DNA from: a virus | IMG/VR virus record: IMGVR_UViG_3300001201_000002 | Location: 1-64,000 of that record | DNA: 64,000 bases | Strand: one strand, 5' to 3' | Shown here: piece after piece, positions 33,420 to 41,956 of the stretch | Numbering within the stretch: the first letter of the stretch is position 1 | Layout of the letters: each line of letters begins with the position of its first letter | Position numbers and translations under genes: made by a program | The notes under the pieces: model-generated | The model's database searches: none | Told to the model about the DNA's origin: nothing | The model's input: only the letters and a program-made list of their open reading frames with translations

Positions 33420-33723
33420 AGGCAAAATCGTCTATTCTCTAATCCAAGGATGGGATGTGCTCTGGGTCTTTCCAGGGATGACAGAAGCATATTACCACTT
33501 GGATTTGTTCATGGATGAGCATAAACCAGACAACCGATCTCGACGAAACATAGTTCACTATCCTCGTGCGATCATCAAGGTCACTTCTTACGAAAATGAA
33601 CTTAGAGGTCACCGAGGGCCCATCATCTTAGATCCATTCATCCCACATTGGCGTGTGGATCGAGATCTACCTTGGGTCAATCAACACAACGGAAGGTTCG
33701 AATTTCCCGATGAAATATACTAA
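33409..33723 (+). CDS. hypothetical protein (104 aa)
   Basis: ATG overlapping the previous ORF by 11 nt. Confidence 0.5.
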   Translation: MHNKGKIVYSLIQGWDVLWVFPGMTEAYYHLDLFMDEHKPDNRSRRNIVHYPRAIIKVTSYENELRGHRGPIILDPFIPHWRVDRDLPWVNQHNGRFEFPDEIY

Positions 33724-34717
33724 CAACCATGGCATTAATCTGGCTCTTGCTGTCTGGCTTCTCGAAGACGGATACAAGTCAGGCGCTGATGTCGCACCCG
33801 AAGGAGAGTTGATCTCCGCAACCCGACTGATGAAACCAGCCAAGCAGCTTATCTTGAGCCGACAGGTCGATGATTCAACCCAGGAAATGGATGTGACCGA
33901 TATGGTTGCTTCCCGATCCGGTCACGCATTCCACGACTCCATCGAACGGGCTTGGACTGAAGGCAAATGGCAGTCTTCCATGAAGAAGCTAGGGTATCCT
34001 CAGAAGGTCATCGACCGTGTCATGATCAACCCTGAACCAGAAGATCTGGAAGAAGATACAATTCCAGTCTATCTGGAGAAGCGCGGCTTCCGTGAATTCG
34101 AAGATGTGGTCCTGACCGGCCAGATCGACTTTATTATCGGCAAGTCTTACACCGACTTCAAGTCCACATCCACATTTGCCTGGACATCGGGAAACAAGGA
34201 TCAGGATTACATCATCCAAGGTTCCATCTATCGTTGGCTCTTTCCTGATTTGATCAAGAATGACACGATGGAAATCGGATTCATCTTCACAGACTGGGCC
34301 AAGTACCGGACCAAGGATCCCAAATACCCGCAGACCCGCGTCACTCAGCGAGAATTCCCTCTTATGAGCGTCGAGGACACTGAAAAATGGATCAGTGCAA
34401 AGTTGGCAGAGATCCGGACAAACGCTAAAGCCCTCGGTAAAGGTGGACAGCAAGCTATGGCCCGCTGTACTCCGAAGGAACTGTGGCAGTCCGATCCTAG
34501 CTACAAATACTACACCAAGCCTGAGACGGCTAAGGCCGGCGGCCGATGCCAGAAGACATTCGATTCACCAACCGATGCTCAACTTCATCTCAAAGAGAAA
34601 GGCAAAGGGGTAGTGGTGACAATTCCCGGCGAAGTGAAAGCTTGCCCGTTCTGCCCTGCCTTTGCAGTGTGTGAACAACGGAAGGAATACTTCAATGATG
34701 ATGAAACCAGGGTCTGA
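33710..34717 (+). CDS. PD-(D/E)XK (RecB/Cas4-like) nuclease with C-terminal Cys cluster
   Basis: GQIDFIIGKSYTDFKST (D...DxK) plus C-terminal CPFCPAFAVC (CX2CX5C). Confidence 0.65.
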   Translation: MKYTNNHGINLALAVWLLEDGYKSGADVAPEGELISATRLMKPAKQLILSRQVDDSTQEMDVTDMVASRSGHAFHDSIERAWTEGKWQSSMKKLGYPQKVIDRVMINPEPEDLEEDTIPVYLEKRGFREFEDVVLTGQIDFIIGKSYTDFKSTSTFAWTSGNKDQDYIIQGSIYRWLFPDLIKNDTMEIGFIFTDWAKYRTKDPKYPQTRVTQREFPLMSVEDTEKWISAKLAEIRTNAKALGKGGQQAMARCTPKELWQSDPSYKYYTKPETAKAGGRCQKTFDSPTDAQLHLKEKGKGVVVTIPGEVKACPFCPAFAVCEQRKEYFNDDETRV

Positions 34718-34831
34718 TGAAGGACCCAGTTTCTGCCTAGCCATTGTAGTTTTACTTCTTCTCTTTGGTGTGTTTGATTCCCCTGAAAATGGGGAGTCAG
34801 ACGCTAAACCTATAACTGAAAGGACGAAGCC

Positions 34832-37000
34832 GTGACTTCACCTCTATTCAATCTCGAAGCAGCCGTCGAACATGACCACCACCCGGCTATGCAGGATCTC
34901 TGTGATCTTCTGTGCCACCGGACAGGTAATGTTGACGATGGTTTCTTCAAAGCAGAAGTTGCCTACTTCTTGGGTCTGATCCCAAGCTCTATGCGGGCTA
35001 CGATCGACTCAGCTGAACGTGGCACTCTGCCAATCAACATCTACTCCATCGCCTTAGCCACATCTGGTTTCGGTAAGGGCCACTCAGTTGGTATCCTGGA
35101 AGATGTGATCAGTGATTTCCGTGACAAGTTCTCGAACTCCACATTCCAAACCATTGCCGATCAGAGCTTGTTCGACATGGCTGTGGAAATTGCCGCAACC
35201 AAAGGCGGTGACGAGGACGAAGAGCTTAAGCTTCTCGAAGGAGAGTTCAAGCGGGCTGGTGCCCCAGTCTTCACATTCGACTCAGGTACAGGTCCTGCGG
35301 TCAAGCAGTTACGTTACAAGCTTCAGCTGGCCGGCGCCGGGGCGATCAACTTCCAGATGGATGAGATCGGCTCGAATCTCCAGGCCAACACTGAAGTTAT
35401 CAACACACTCTTGGAACTCTACGACCAAGGTAAGATCAAAACCAAGCTGGTCAAATCGACTGGTGACAACGAACGTGGTGCAGATCTTGTGGCCCAAACT
35501 CCAGCCAACGTGCTGATGTTCGGTACGACACACAAGCTGTTTGACGGCTCAAAGATTGAGGAGGAATTCTTCTCATTCCTAGAGACCGGATACGCACGTC
35601 GTTGCTTCTTTGGTGTTGGCAAACCCAGCACAGTGAAGGGTGAGATCAACCGGGAAGATGTTTACAAGAGCCTGGTTTCAACCAATCGGTCGATGGCACA
35701 GGAAAAGTGGAAGGTCCAATTGGCCAAGTTCGCTGATCCGCGCTTCTTCAACCGTAAAATCTCAGTATCTGATGCGGTGGGCATTGAGCTCATCGGTTAT
35801 CGCCTGTTCTGCGAGCAACAAGCAGGTGAACTTCCTGAGCACGAAGTTATCCGTAAGGCCGAATGGTCTCACCGGTACTTCAAAGCTTTGAAGCTGGCAG
35901 GTGTTTACGCCTTCCTGGACGATTCAGATGAGATTACTCTCCGCAACCTCTATCAGGCTGTCCGCCTAACCGAGGAATCCGGTGAGAGCTTCCAAAAGAT
36001 GTTGAAGCGTGAGCGTAACTTTGTGCGCTTGGCTAAATACATCGCGACCACACCTGGCGAGCTGACTCACGCTGACCTGGTTGATGACGTCCCGTTCTAC
36101 CCAAACTCAGCTAATCCACGTCGTGAGATGATGGATCTAGCGATGGCTTGGGCGGTGCAGAACCATGTTGTGATCAAGAAGAAAGTCACTCAGAATGTTG
36201 AGTTCTTCTCTGGTTCAACCCTGCAGGAGACCGATCTCAGCCGGATGCGTTTCAGCTACTCTGACCAAATGGCCCATGATTATGAGCCAGCGGTTCAACC
36301 TTTCGATAAAATGCCGAATCTGCTTGCTGCAGATGACATGCACTGGTGTAACCACCAATTCGAAAAGGAACACCGTCGGGAAGAGAACGTCATCCCTGGG
36401 TTCAACATGATTGTCATCGACGTTGATGGCGATTGCCCACTGTCAGTGGTTCATGAGCTGATGAAGGACTACACTTTCATCACGGCTACGACGAAGCGTC
36501 ACACCGAAGAGGAAAACCGCTTCCGTCTGATCCTGCCCATGAACTATGAGCTGCACTTGGACAAAGAAGAGTACAAAGAGTTCATGGACTCTGTGCTTCT
36601 CTGGCTTCCCTTTGACTCTGACAAGGCTGCAAACCAACGGTCCAAGAAATGGATGACGCTGGAAGGCAGCGAGGTAAAGCTCCACCGTGGGCCGAGCCTG
36701 ATCAACGTCTTGCCCTTTATTCCAAAGACAAAATCTAACGCTGAATTCCGAGAACGTATTGTCGATCTTGGTAATCTCGACCATATTGAGCGTTGGTTCT
36801 TGAACAACATGGATGAGGGTGGCCGGAATAACAACCTCCTGAACTTTGCAATGATGCTGAAGGATGCCGGTGCTGACTTTGATCTGATTACGGACAAAGT
36901 GAAGACGATCAACAAGCAATCAGCTTCCCCACTAAAAGAGGAAGAGATCGAAACCACGATCTTAAAATCTGTGGGACAAAAAATGGATGAGGCCATATAG
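34832..37000 (+). CDS. putative DNA primase (N4-type replication protein)
   Basis: GTG start after AAAGGA. NMIVIDVDGD (DxD, prim-pol-like) in the C-terminal third. Size and position between nuclease and Sak4-like ATPase match the N4 replication module. Confidence 0.5.
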   Translation: MTSPLFNLEAAVEHDHHPAMQDLCDLLCHRTGNVDDGFFKAEVAYFLGLIPSSMRATIDSAERGTLPINIYSIALATSGFGKGHSVGILEDVISDFRDKFSNSTFQTIADQSLFDMAVEIAATKGGDEDEELKLLEGEFKRAGAPVFTFDSGTGPAVKQLRYKLQLAGAGAINFQMDEIGSNLQANTEVINTLLELYDQGKIKTKLVKSTGDNERGADLVAQTPANVLMFGTTHKLFDGSKIEEEFFSFLETGYARRCFFGVGKPSTVKGEINREDVYKSLVSTNRSMAQEKWKVQLAKFADPRFFNRKISVSDAVGIELIGYRLFCEQQAGELPEHEVIRKAEWSHRYFKALKLAGVYAFLDDSDEITLRNLYQAVRLTEESGESFQKMLKRERNFVRLAKYIATTPGELTHADLVDDVPFYPNSANPRREMMDLAMAWAVQNHVVIKKKVTQNVEFFSGSTLQETDLSRMRFSYSDQMAHDYEPAVQPFDKMPNLLAADDMHWCNHQFEKEHRREENVIPGFNMIVIDVDGDCPLSVVHELMKDYTFITATTKRHTEEENRFRLILPMNYELHLDKEEYKEFMDSVLLWLPFDSDKAANQRSKKWMTLEGSEVKLHRGPSLINVLPFIPKTKSNAEFRERIVDLGNLDHIERWFLNNMDEGGRNNNLLNFAMMLKDAGADFDLITDKVKTINKQSASPLKEEEIETTILKSVGQKMDEAI

Positions 37001-37025
37001 GCCTTTTCACAACCAAGGAGACAGT

Positions 37026-37274
37026 ATGTCTGAAACCCAATCCACCATTCTGAACCCTGGCCGAGACCAGGTAAAGAACCTCGTGGGACAGGCCTTAGAG
37101 GATGCAGAGGAGCCGGCTCAGTGCTTCGCTGACATCCTCATGGCTATGTGTCAGATCGGTCATATGGCTGATGTTGATATGAATAACCTGGATGACATGA
37201 TCAAGAAAGCGATGCCTGGTGCTATCGTGGCCGGCAACCATGTCATGGAAATTTTGGAGAAAACCCATGAGTGA
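37026..37274 (+). CDS. hypothetical protein (82 aa)
   Basis: RBS AAGGAG. Confidence 0.6.
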   Translation: MSETQSTILNPGRDQVKNLVGQALEDAEEPAQCFADILMAMCQIGHMADVDMNNLDDMIKKAMPGAIVAGNHVMEILEKTHE

Positions 37275-38034
37275 TACGGCCGAAAGCCCAAAAAGCCTTC
37301 TAATCTGCGGAGAGACCGGCCACGGTAAATCTGCTTCTTTGATGGCTATCGCTGACCGCGAAGATGTCTTGTATCTAAACTGTGAATCAGGCAAGCCTCT
37401 TCCGTTCAAAAACAAGTTCAAGAAGATCACAATCACCGATCCGGTGGACATCTTGGACTATCTCGATCAAATGATCGACGAACCAGAAGAGAATCCTTTC
37501 AACATTGTCATCGTCGACACAGTGTCCTTCATGATGGACCTGTACGAAGCTGAGCATGTCATTGGTGCATCTGACACCCAGAAAGCCTGGGGTGAATATG
37601 GACAGTTCTTCCCTGCTCTTATGAACAAGACTGCGAAGATCAATGCCTTCTTCATCTTCCTGGGTCACCTGGATTCGTTCCTCGACGAGGATGAAGGTAT
37701 CGTCAAGCACTCTGTGCCTGTCAAAGGTGCCATGAAGAAGAAGGGTATTGAGTCCCGCTTCACAACCGTTGTTTATGTCAAGAAGATGAAAATCAAAGAC
37801 ATCGACAAAGGCCTGAAGGCACTTGGTGCTGAAAGAAGTGCCCTCCTGAACGTCACTCCTAAAGAGGACGCCAAGGGGTACAAGCACGTCTTCCTCACCG
37901 ATTCGGATAAGTCGACCATTGGCGGCCGGATCCGCACTCCTCTCGGGATGTTCTCAGATGACGAGCTCTACATCGACAATGATGCTGCTCACATCCTCAA
38001 ACGCCTAGAGGAATACTACGCCGAAGAAGAGTAA
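37267..38034 (+). CDS. RecA-fold P-loop ATPase (AAA_24/Sak4-like)
   Basis: Walker A LLICGETGHGKSAS, LYLNCESG and Walker B IVIVDTVSFMMD. Confidence 0.7.
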   Translation: MSDTAESPKSLLICGETGHGKSASLMAIADREDVLYLNCESGKPLPFKNKFKKITITDPVDILDYLDQMIDEPEENPFNIVIVDTVSFMMDLYEAEHVIGASDTQKAWGEYGQFFPALMNKTAKINAFFIFLGHLDSFLDEDEGIVKHSVPVKGAMKKKGIESRFTTVVYVKKMKIKDIDKGLKALGAERSALLNVTPKEDAKGYKHVFLTDSDKSTIGGRIRTPLGMFSDDELYIDNDAAHILKRLEEYYAEEE

Positions 38035-38092
38035 ACACTTTCTCTTTTTGGTTATCCACCATCAAACAATCCACAATTCAAGGAACTACCCA

Positions 38093-38926
38093 ATGTCAAA
38101 CCGTTTTAAGAACGCAGACGTAGCCGTCGATGATAAGGTCGAAACAGACTTTGTTGCAGGCGCATCCCTTCTCGACACAGACATTTATCCTGCGACGATT
38201 AAAGCCGCATACGAGGTGCCTTCTGCTTCATCTCAAGCGATCATGATCCACTACATCCTGGTTATTAACAGCAAAGAGTATCGCTTCAGCAATTGCATCA
38301 TCTCCGGCAAAGGCGTCCCAACTTACGGCACAGGCAAGGATAAGAAAAACCTACCTGGCTTCACTCAGTTGAACTCCCTGACCATGCTCGCACTGGGCAC
38401 CGAAGTGGGCGATACTGAAGTCGAAGAGCTGACTCTGAAGTTGTACGACTACGACGCAAAAGCTGAAGTTCCAAAGGCAGTTAACTGCTACTCGGATCTC
38501 CACGGTGTTGAAGTTCTGGTTGCGATTCAGAAGCAAACTGTCGACAAGACGAAGAAAGATGATTCGACCGGCAAATACGAGCCAACTGGCGAAACACGTG
38601 ATGAAAACGAGATCGTTAAATTCTTCCCTGCGTCAGCTGCTGTAACCATCTCTGAAGTTGCTCAGAAGATCAAATCTCTTGGCGGTACTCTGGATGAAGT
38701 CCTTGCTGAAGACCAAATGGGTGATGCTGTTGCGGCGATGATCCCTGACGACTTCGAAGGCGAAATGTTCCTCGGAACCTACGCTGAGAAGTGGTTGGAC
38801 AACAACAAAGGCCAAGTCTACAACCGTGCTAAAGGTGCCGGCAAAGCTGGATCAGGTAAGTCTTTCGGTAAGAAAGCTTCTGACTCCGATGGTGAAGACA
38901 AGCCTAAGAAGAAGCTCTTCGGCTAA
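38093..38926 (+). CDS. N4 gp45-type single-stranded DNA-binding protein (putative)
   Basis: 277 aa. Synteny: directly after the Sak4-like ATPase and last in the replication module. Gly/Lys-rich tail ends KKKLFG. No motif-level proof. Confidence 0.5.
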   Translation: MSNRFKNADVAVDDKVETDFVAGASLLDTDIYPATIKAAYEVPSASSQAIMIHYILVINSKEYRFSNCIISGKGVPTYGTGKDKKNLPGFTQLNSLTMLALGTEVGDTEVEELTLKLYDYDAKAEVPKAVNCYSDLHGVEVLVAIQKQTVDKTKKDDSTGKYEPTGETRDENEIVKFFPASAAVTISEVAQKIKSLGGTLDEVLAEDQMGDAVAAMIPDDFEGEMFLGTYAEKWLDNNKGQVYNRAKGAGKAGSGKSFGKKASDSDGEDKPKKKLFG

Positions 38927-38973
38927 GTTACTGGTTGCCTAATCAACAACCAGGTGTGGGAGTTCCGATATAT

Positions 38974-39930
38974 ATGGAAGACGGTGAAGTCATCTTTACA
39001 ATGACGGATCCGCCGACCATACGTTCAAACCCGACCCAACGAGCCCATAGCATCAGCCTTCCTATGCGGATCCAAACATCCTCTAAGAAGCAAACCGCGC
39101 TCAACCTGAACGTCTATCGGAACCTCCACCACCGTTCTCATCATGCTCTGAAGAAGAAATTCGAGAAGCTGGCAACGGACCTTCTGGGGGACATCCCTCC
39201 AATGGGGCGAATCAGACTGCATTACTCAGTCTGCCCACAAACCAGACGCAGACTTGACATCATGAATGTGTGCTCAGTCATCGACAAGTATTTCTCGGAC
39301 GCTCTAACAGAGAACGGGATAATCGAAGACGATGATTACACCCATCTCGACTTTGTCTCTTGTGGTTTTGGTGGCTTAGCCCCGAAAGAACATGTCCTCG
39401 TGACAATCACTGAAATCGAAGAAAGAGATCCAATGAAACTTGCAATGACTGCTGAGCTTGGTGCCGAAGACATCAAGGAAGCCATCGCGAATTATGTTAG
39501 CACAAAGGTGGACCAAGAAGTGTCTCCATCTGATGTTGTTATGAATAACGCTAACAGCGCGACTGTGACCGTGGGCGATGCTCCGGCCGCTACAACCACC
39601 CCTGCTCCGAAGCGTAAGCGTCGGACCAAAGAAGAAATTGCTGCTGACAAAGCAGCAGAAAAGGCTGCCAATGAACCCGATGCTGACGAGACTGTTGAGA
39701 GTGGCAGTGACGGCGATGGCACAGGATCTGGTAACGACACAGAAACGACAACTCAGCCTACCGAAACAACGGAAGCCGACCCCGCCCCAGCGGAGGATAA
39801 GCAGCCAAAAAACGATTCAGCGGAATCGACCGCGGAATCCTCAAAGACTGACGGTCCAGCCGAAGTCGTCGAAGAACCTGCTGAAGCTCCCGTGAAGAAA
39901 AAGCGGAAGTCTTCCATCTTTGACCAATAA
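38974..39930 (+). CDS. rusA: RusA-family Holliday junction resolvase with ~160-aa acidic disordered C-terminal extension
   Basis: PQTRRRLDIMNVCSVIDKYFSDALTENGIIEDDDYT and VLVTITEI match the RusA blocks (RRRDLDN..K...DAL.....DD..V ; L.ITI.E). The tail is rich in E/D/T/A/P. Confidence 0.7.
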   Translation: MEDGEVIFTMTDPPTIRSNPTQRAHSISLPMRIQTSSKKQTALNLNVYRNLHHRSHHALKKKFEKLATDLLGDIPPMGRIRLHYSVCPQTRRRLDIMNVCSVIDKYFSDALTENGIIEDDDYTHLDFVSCGFGGLAPKEHVLVTITEIEERDPMKLAMTAELGAEDIKEAIANYVSTKVDQEVSPSDVVMNNANSATVTVGDAPAATTTPAPKRKRRTKEEIAADKAAEKAANEPDADETVESGSDGDGTGSGNDTETTTQPTETTEADPAPAEDKQPKNDSAESTAESSKTDGPAEVVEEPAEAPVKKKRKSSIFDQ

Positions 39931-40111
39931 AGAATTGTTCAAGTGGGCGAGCTATGCTTGTCTGCTTGGCTGTCTTTCAGTTGGTGTTCTCGTTGTAGGA
40001 ATCCTGATCGGATTCGTCCTCACACTGTTGACCCCAGTGCTCATAGTTTTCACGGGACTATGGGTCTGGCGGTTCATTAATGTGGACCCTGACGAGACAC
40101 CAACTGAATAA
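39920..40111 (+). CDS. small membrane protein (63 aa)
   Basis: TTG start. Two TM helices (YACLLGCLSVGVLVVGILIGFVLTLLTPVLIVFTGLWVW). Confidence 0.45.
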   Translation: MTNKELFKWASYACLLGCLSVGVLVVGILIGFVLTLLTPVLIVFTGLWVWRFINVDPDETPTE

Positions 40112-40329
40112 CGACTTCAGCTCCATTTGATCGAAGCCGGTAGGATTGCAAATCCGAAAGAAGCGAAAGATTGGACAGAAGGCCGGTGACCTGAATTGGC
40201 GTTAAACAGGTGACGTGGGAGAGACCTCAACTATTTTTTCAAAGGAAGTGGCGCACTGTGAATCCGTAGTCGACCGGGGCACCGGTGGTGAGGGTTGCAA
40301 CTGTTTGGACTCGTATTTCCTGTCAGTCG

Positions 40330-40649
40330 ACGGGCAGATCTCACTGGTTCGGATAAGTGCTTAGCGCGGTATGGAAGGACCATGCAGGTAGCTCAATGAG
40401 AGCCTTCCTTTGAAAAGATAGTTTTTTGAGTCGCCCTGGCGGTCCGCGGAGGACCGGTATTTGCCAGAATGCGAGCAAGAGGAGACTGGCATCCCTCTTA
40501 GGACCAGGGCCTCACAATAAGCTATCTTCCATGCGGGTTCATGGTGAGTGTAACCGGTGCAAGCCCGGTCAGTTTCCATTGCGGTTGCTGCCTGACGTAG
40601 GTCAGATTAAGACTTAAAACTGCGGGTTCAAATCCCGTCGCCCGTACCA
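40330..40649 (+). ncRNA. structured RNA with tRNA-like 3' domain (tmRNA-like architecture; function unknown)
   Basis: T arm GCGGG-TTCAAAT-CCCGT (40622-40638). Acceptor 3' strand CGCCCGT plus A plus CCA (40639-40649) pairs with ACGGGCA (40330-40336; 6 of 7 bp). Closing helix 40354-40364 with 40607-40616. H-type pseudoknot GCCAG/CTGGC interleaved with AAGAGG/CCTCTT (40463-40499). No credible ORF. Confidence 0.5.
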
Positions 40650-40671
40650 ATTTCAACCAAGGAGCAAACAA

Positions 40672-41427
40672 ATGACACCGAATCAACTTTCCCGTAAGGT
40701 ACTGGAAACACTGAACCAATTGAACAAGTCAGGCACCGTCCTGGCTATGGCCTCCGGCATGGAGACTGCTGTTGTGGTTCGTGAACGCAAAGACCTGAAC
40801 GATCAAACTTCCACCGTTAATGTCATGAGCATTCCGTCCTTCGTGGCCGAGCACATGATGAACCAGGAGTACATCACACCTACAGTAAACCCAGGCCGGG
40901 TTGTTCGTCTTGTGATCTCTCCAGAAGGACGTCAGGCAATCCCACGTTTGACAGCTGATCAAGAGAACCTGGCTTCCTCTCTCACAGAGAAGAGCCCTGA
41001 TGAGGTTCCAATGAACATGCGCTACGTTGCGGATGACAGCCCAATCGTAGGCCTGGCTCGTCGCCGTGGTCCAGATGGCAACCACTTCCTCTCACCTGAA
41101 GAGGTAGCGGCTGGTGACCGGTTCCGCGAAGACTTCCAACTCAGCGAGACTGATAAGTTCATTGCTGAGAACTGGGCCGAGCAGCTCTTGGACACTGAAG
41201 TCCCTGCAGGTGTGGTGATGGCCCGATCTCGTCTTCTTGGTGTTCTCAATGACCTTGGGCCCGACCTGGCTGAGCTAACAATCACTGTGCTTGGTTTGAA
41301 TCAAGGTTTGGAGAAGACTGAAAAGGATTTCGGCTGGTCTGCACGATCTGCCAAGATTGTACTCCGCATCGCACTACGTCGGATGATCACCTACTACGAT
41401 CAGAATCCTAACGCTTTGATCGGATAA
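40672..41427 (+). CDS. putative DNA-binding regulator with sigma-70 region-4-like C-terminal HTH
   Basis: RBS AAGGAG. C-terminus LGLNQGLEKTEKDFGWSARSAKIVLRIALRRM resembles sigma region 4 (..s.gTVKsRL.RAl..L). Last gene of the rightward arm. Confidence 0.45.
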   Translation: MTPNQLSRKVLETLNQLNKSGTVLAMASGMETAVVVRERKDLNDQTSTVNVMSIPSFVAEHMMNQEYITPTVNPGRVVRLVISPEGRQAIPRLTADQENLASSLTEKSPDEVPMNMRYVADDSPIVGLARRRGPDGNHFLSPEEVAAGDRFREDFQLSETDKFIAENWAEQLLDTEVPAGVVMARSRLLGVLNDLGPDLAELTITVLGLNQGLEKTEKDFGWSARSAKIVLRIALRRMITYYDQNPNALIG

Positions 41428-41433
41428 AGAATC

Positions 41434-41471
41434 TCACCGGGGGTTTCCCTTCCCCCCGTTTACCCCGGTGA
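41434..41471 (+). other. 9-bp hairpin after last rightward gene
   Basis: TCACCGGGG ... CCCCGGTGA. No T-run. Confidence 0.5.
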
Positions 41472-41668
41472 TGAGTATCGGCTTGCTAGGTCGAGAAATA
41501 AAACATCAGCAATGGGACCCGATTGTCCAGCTCCTTCAATCGCCTCCCTAAAGTCCTCACGTCATGTTCAGAGTCGCCACAGCGCGATACCACTGTCAGG
41601 GGGCATCCCATTCTAATACATCAAGCGATAATGCGTTCACATTCCCTTTGGTCAGGCGCTTGATGTTA

Positions 41669-41711
41669 GGTCCGGTCAATACAGGCTATCACTGTCTGAT
41701 ACGACCGGACC
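41669..41711. other. perfect 9-bp inverted repeat with 25-nt loop in convergent intergenic region
   Basis: GGTCCGGTC (41669-41677) / GACCGGACC (41703-41711). Confidence 0.6.
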
Positions 41712-41893
41712 ACCTAATTCTAATTGTCATGAAAGTCAGACCTATCTTCATGGGTTGAGACTCCACGACAATCGTACCGTCGGTCACACCGGCACAGATG
41801 ACCCGTTTTAATCGGGTGGCGTAGTACGTGAAAAGAAGGGATTCGACCCGATTAATTATCGTCACGGCAAACGAAGCATTAGTGCTTACATCG

Positions 41894-41954
41894 AAAAGAG
41901 CCCACACCTTGGATGGTCAGCAATCATCCTCAGAACGGTGTGGGCTCTTTTTTA
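41894..41954. terminator. bidirectional rho-independent terminator between convergent arms
   Basis: 15-bp stem AAAAGAGCCCACACC/GGTGTGGGCTCTTTT with A-run and T-run flanks. Lies 3 nt downstream of the vRNAP stop. Confidence 0.85.
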
Positions 41955-41956
41955 GC

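Noticed and set aside
40426-40617. 63-aa plus-strand ORF, and the 72-aa (40361-40579) and 65-aa (40522-40719) minus-strand ORFs inside the RNA region.
   Set aside because: No RBS, and the frames run through stems and the pseudoknot. They are most likely chance open frames in structured non-coding sequence.
40330-40649. Alternative reading of the structured RNA as a tRNA gene interrupted by a ~245-nt group I intron in the anticodon loop.
   Set aside because: No D stem forms in the 5' part. The spliced anticodon arm would have C33 or mismatches. None of the conserved IC3 intron core sequences (e.g. AGCCAAG, GTAGAGACTAGACGG-type P7/P3) are present.
41801-41817. Hairpin ACCCG-TTTTAAT-CGGGT looks like an ochre-suppressor (UUA) anticodon arm. 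This was tempting given the in-frame TAA in the DNA polymerase.
   Set aside because: The flanks give no D arm, no canonical T arm (GGGATTCGACCC has a 6-nt loop and 3-bp stem) and no acceptor stem. It is treated as a simple hairpin.
41689-41907. 72-aa minus-strand ORF downstream of the vRNAP gene.
   Set aside because: It would start at a GTG buried in the stem of the bidirectional terminator and has no RBS. It lies in hairpin-rich intergenic DNA.
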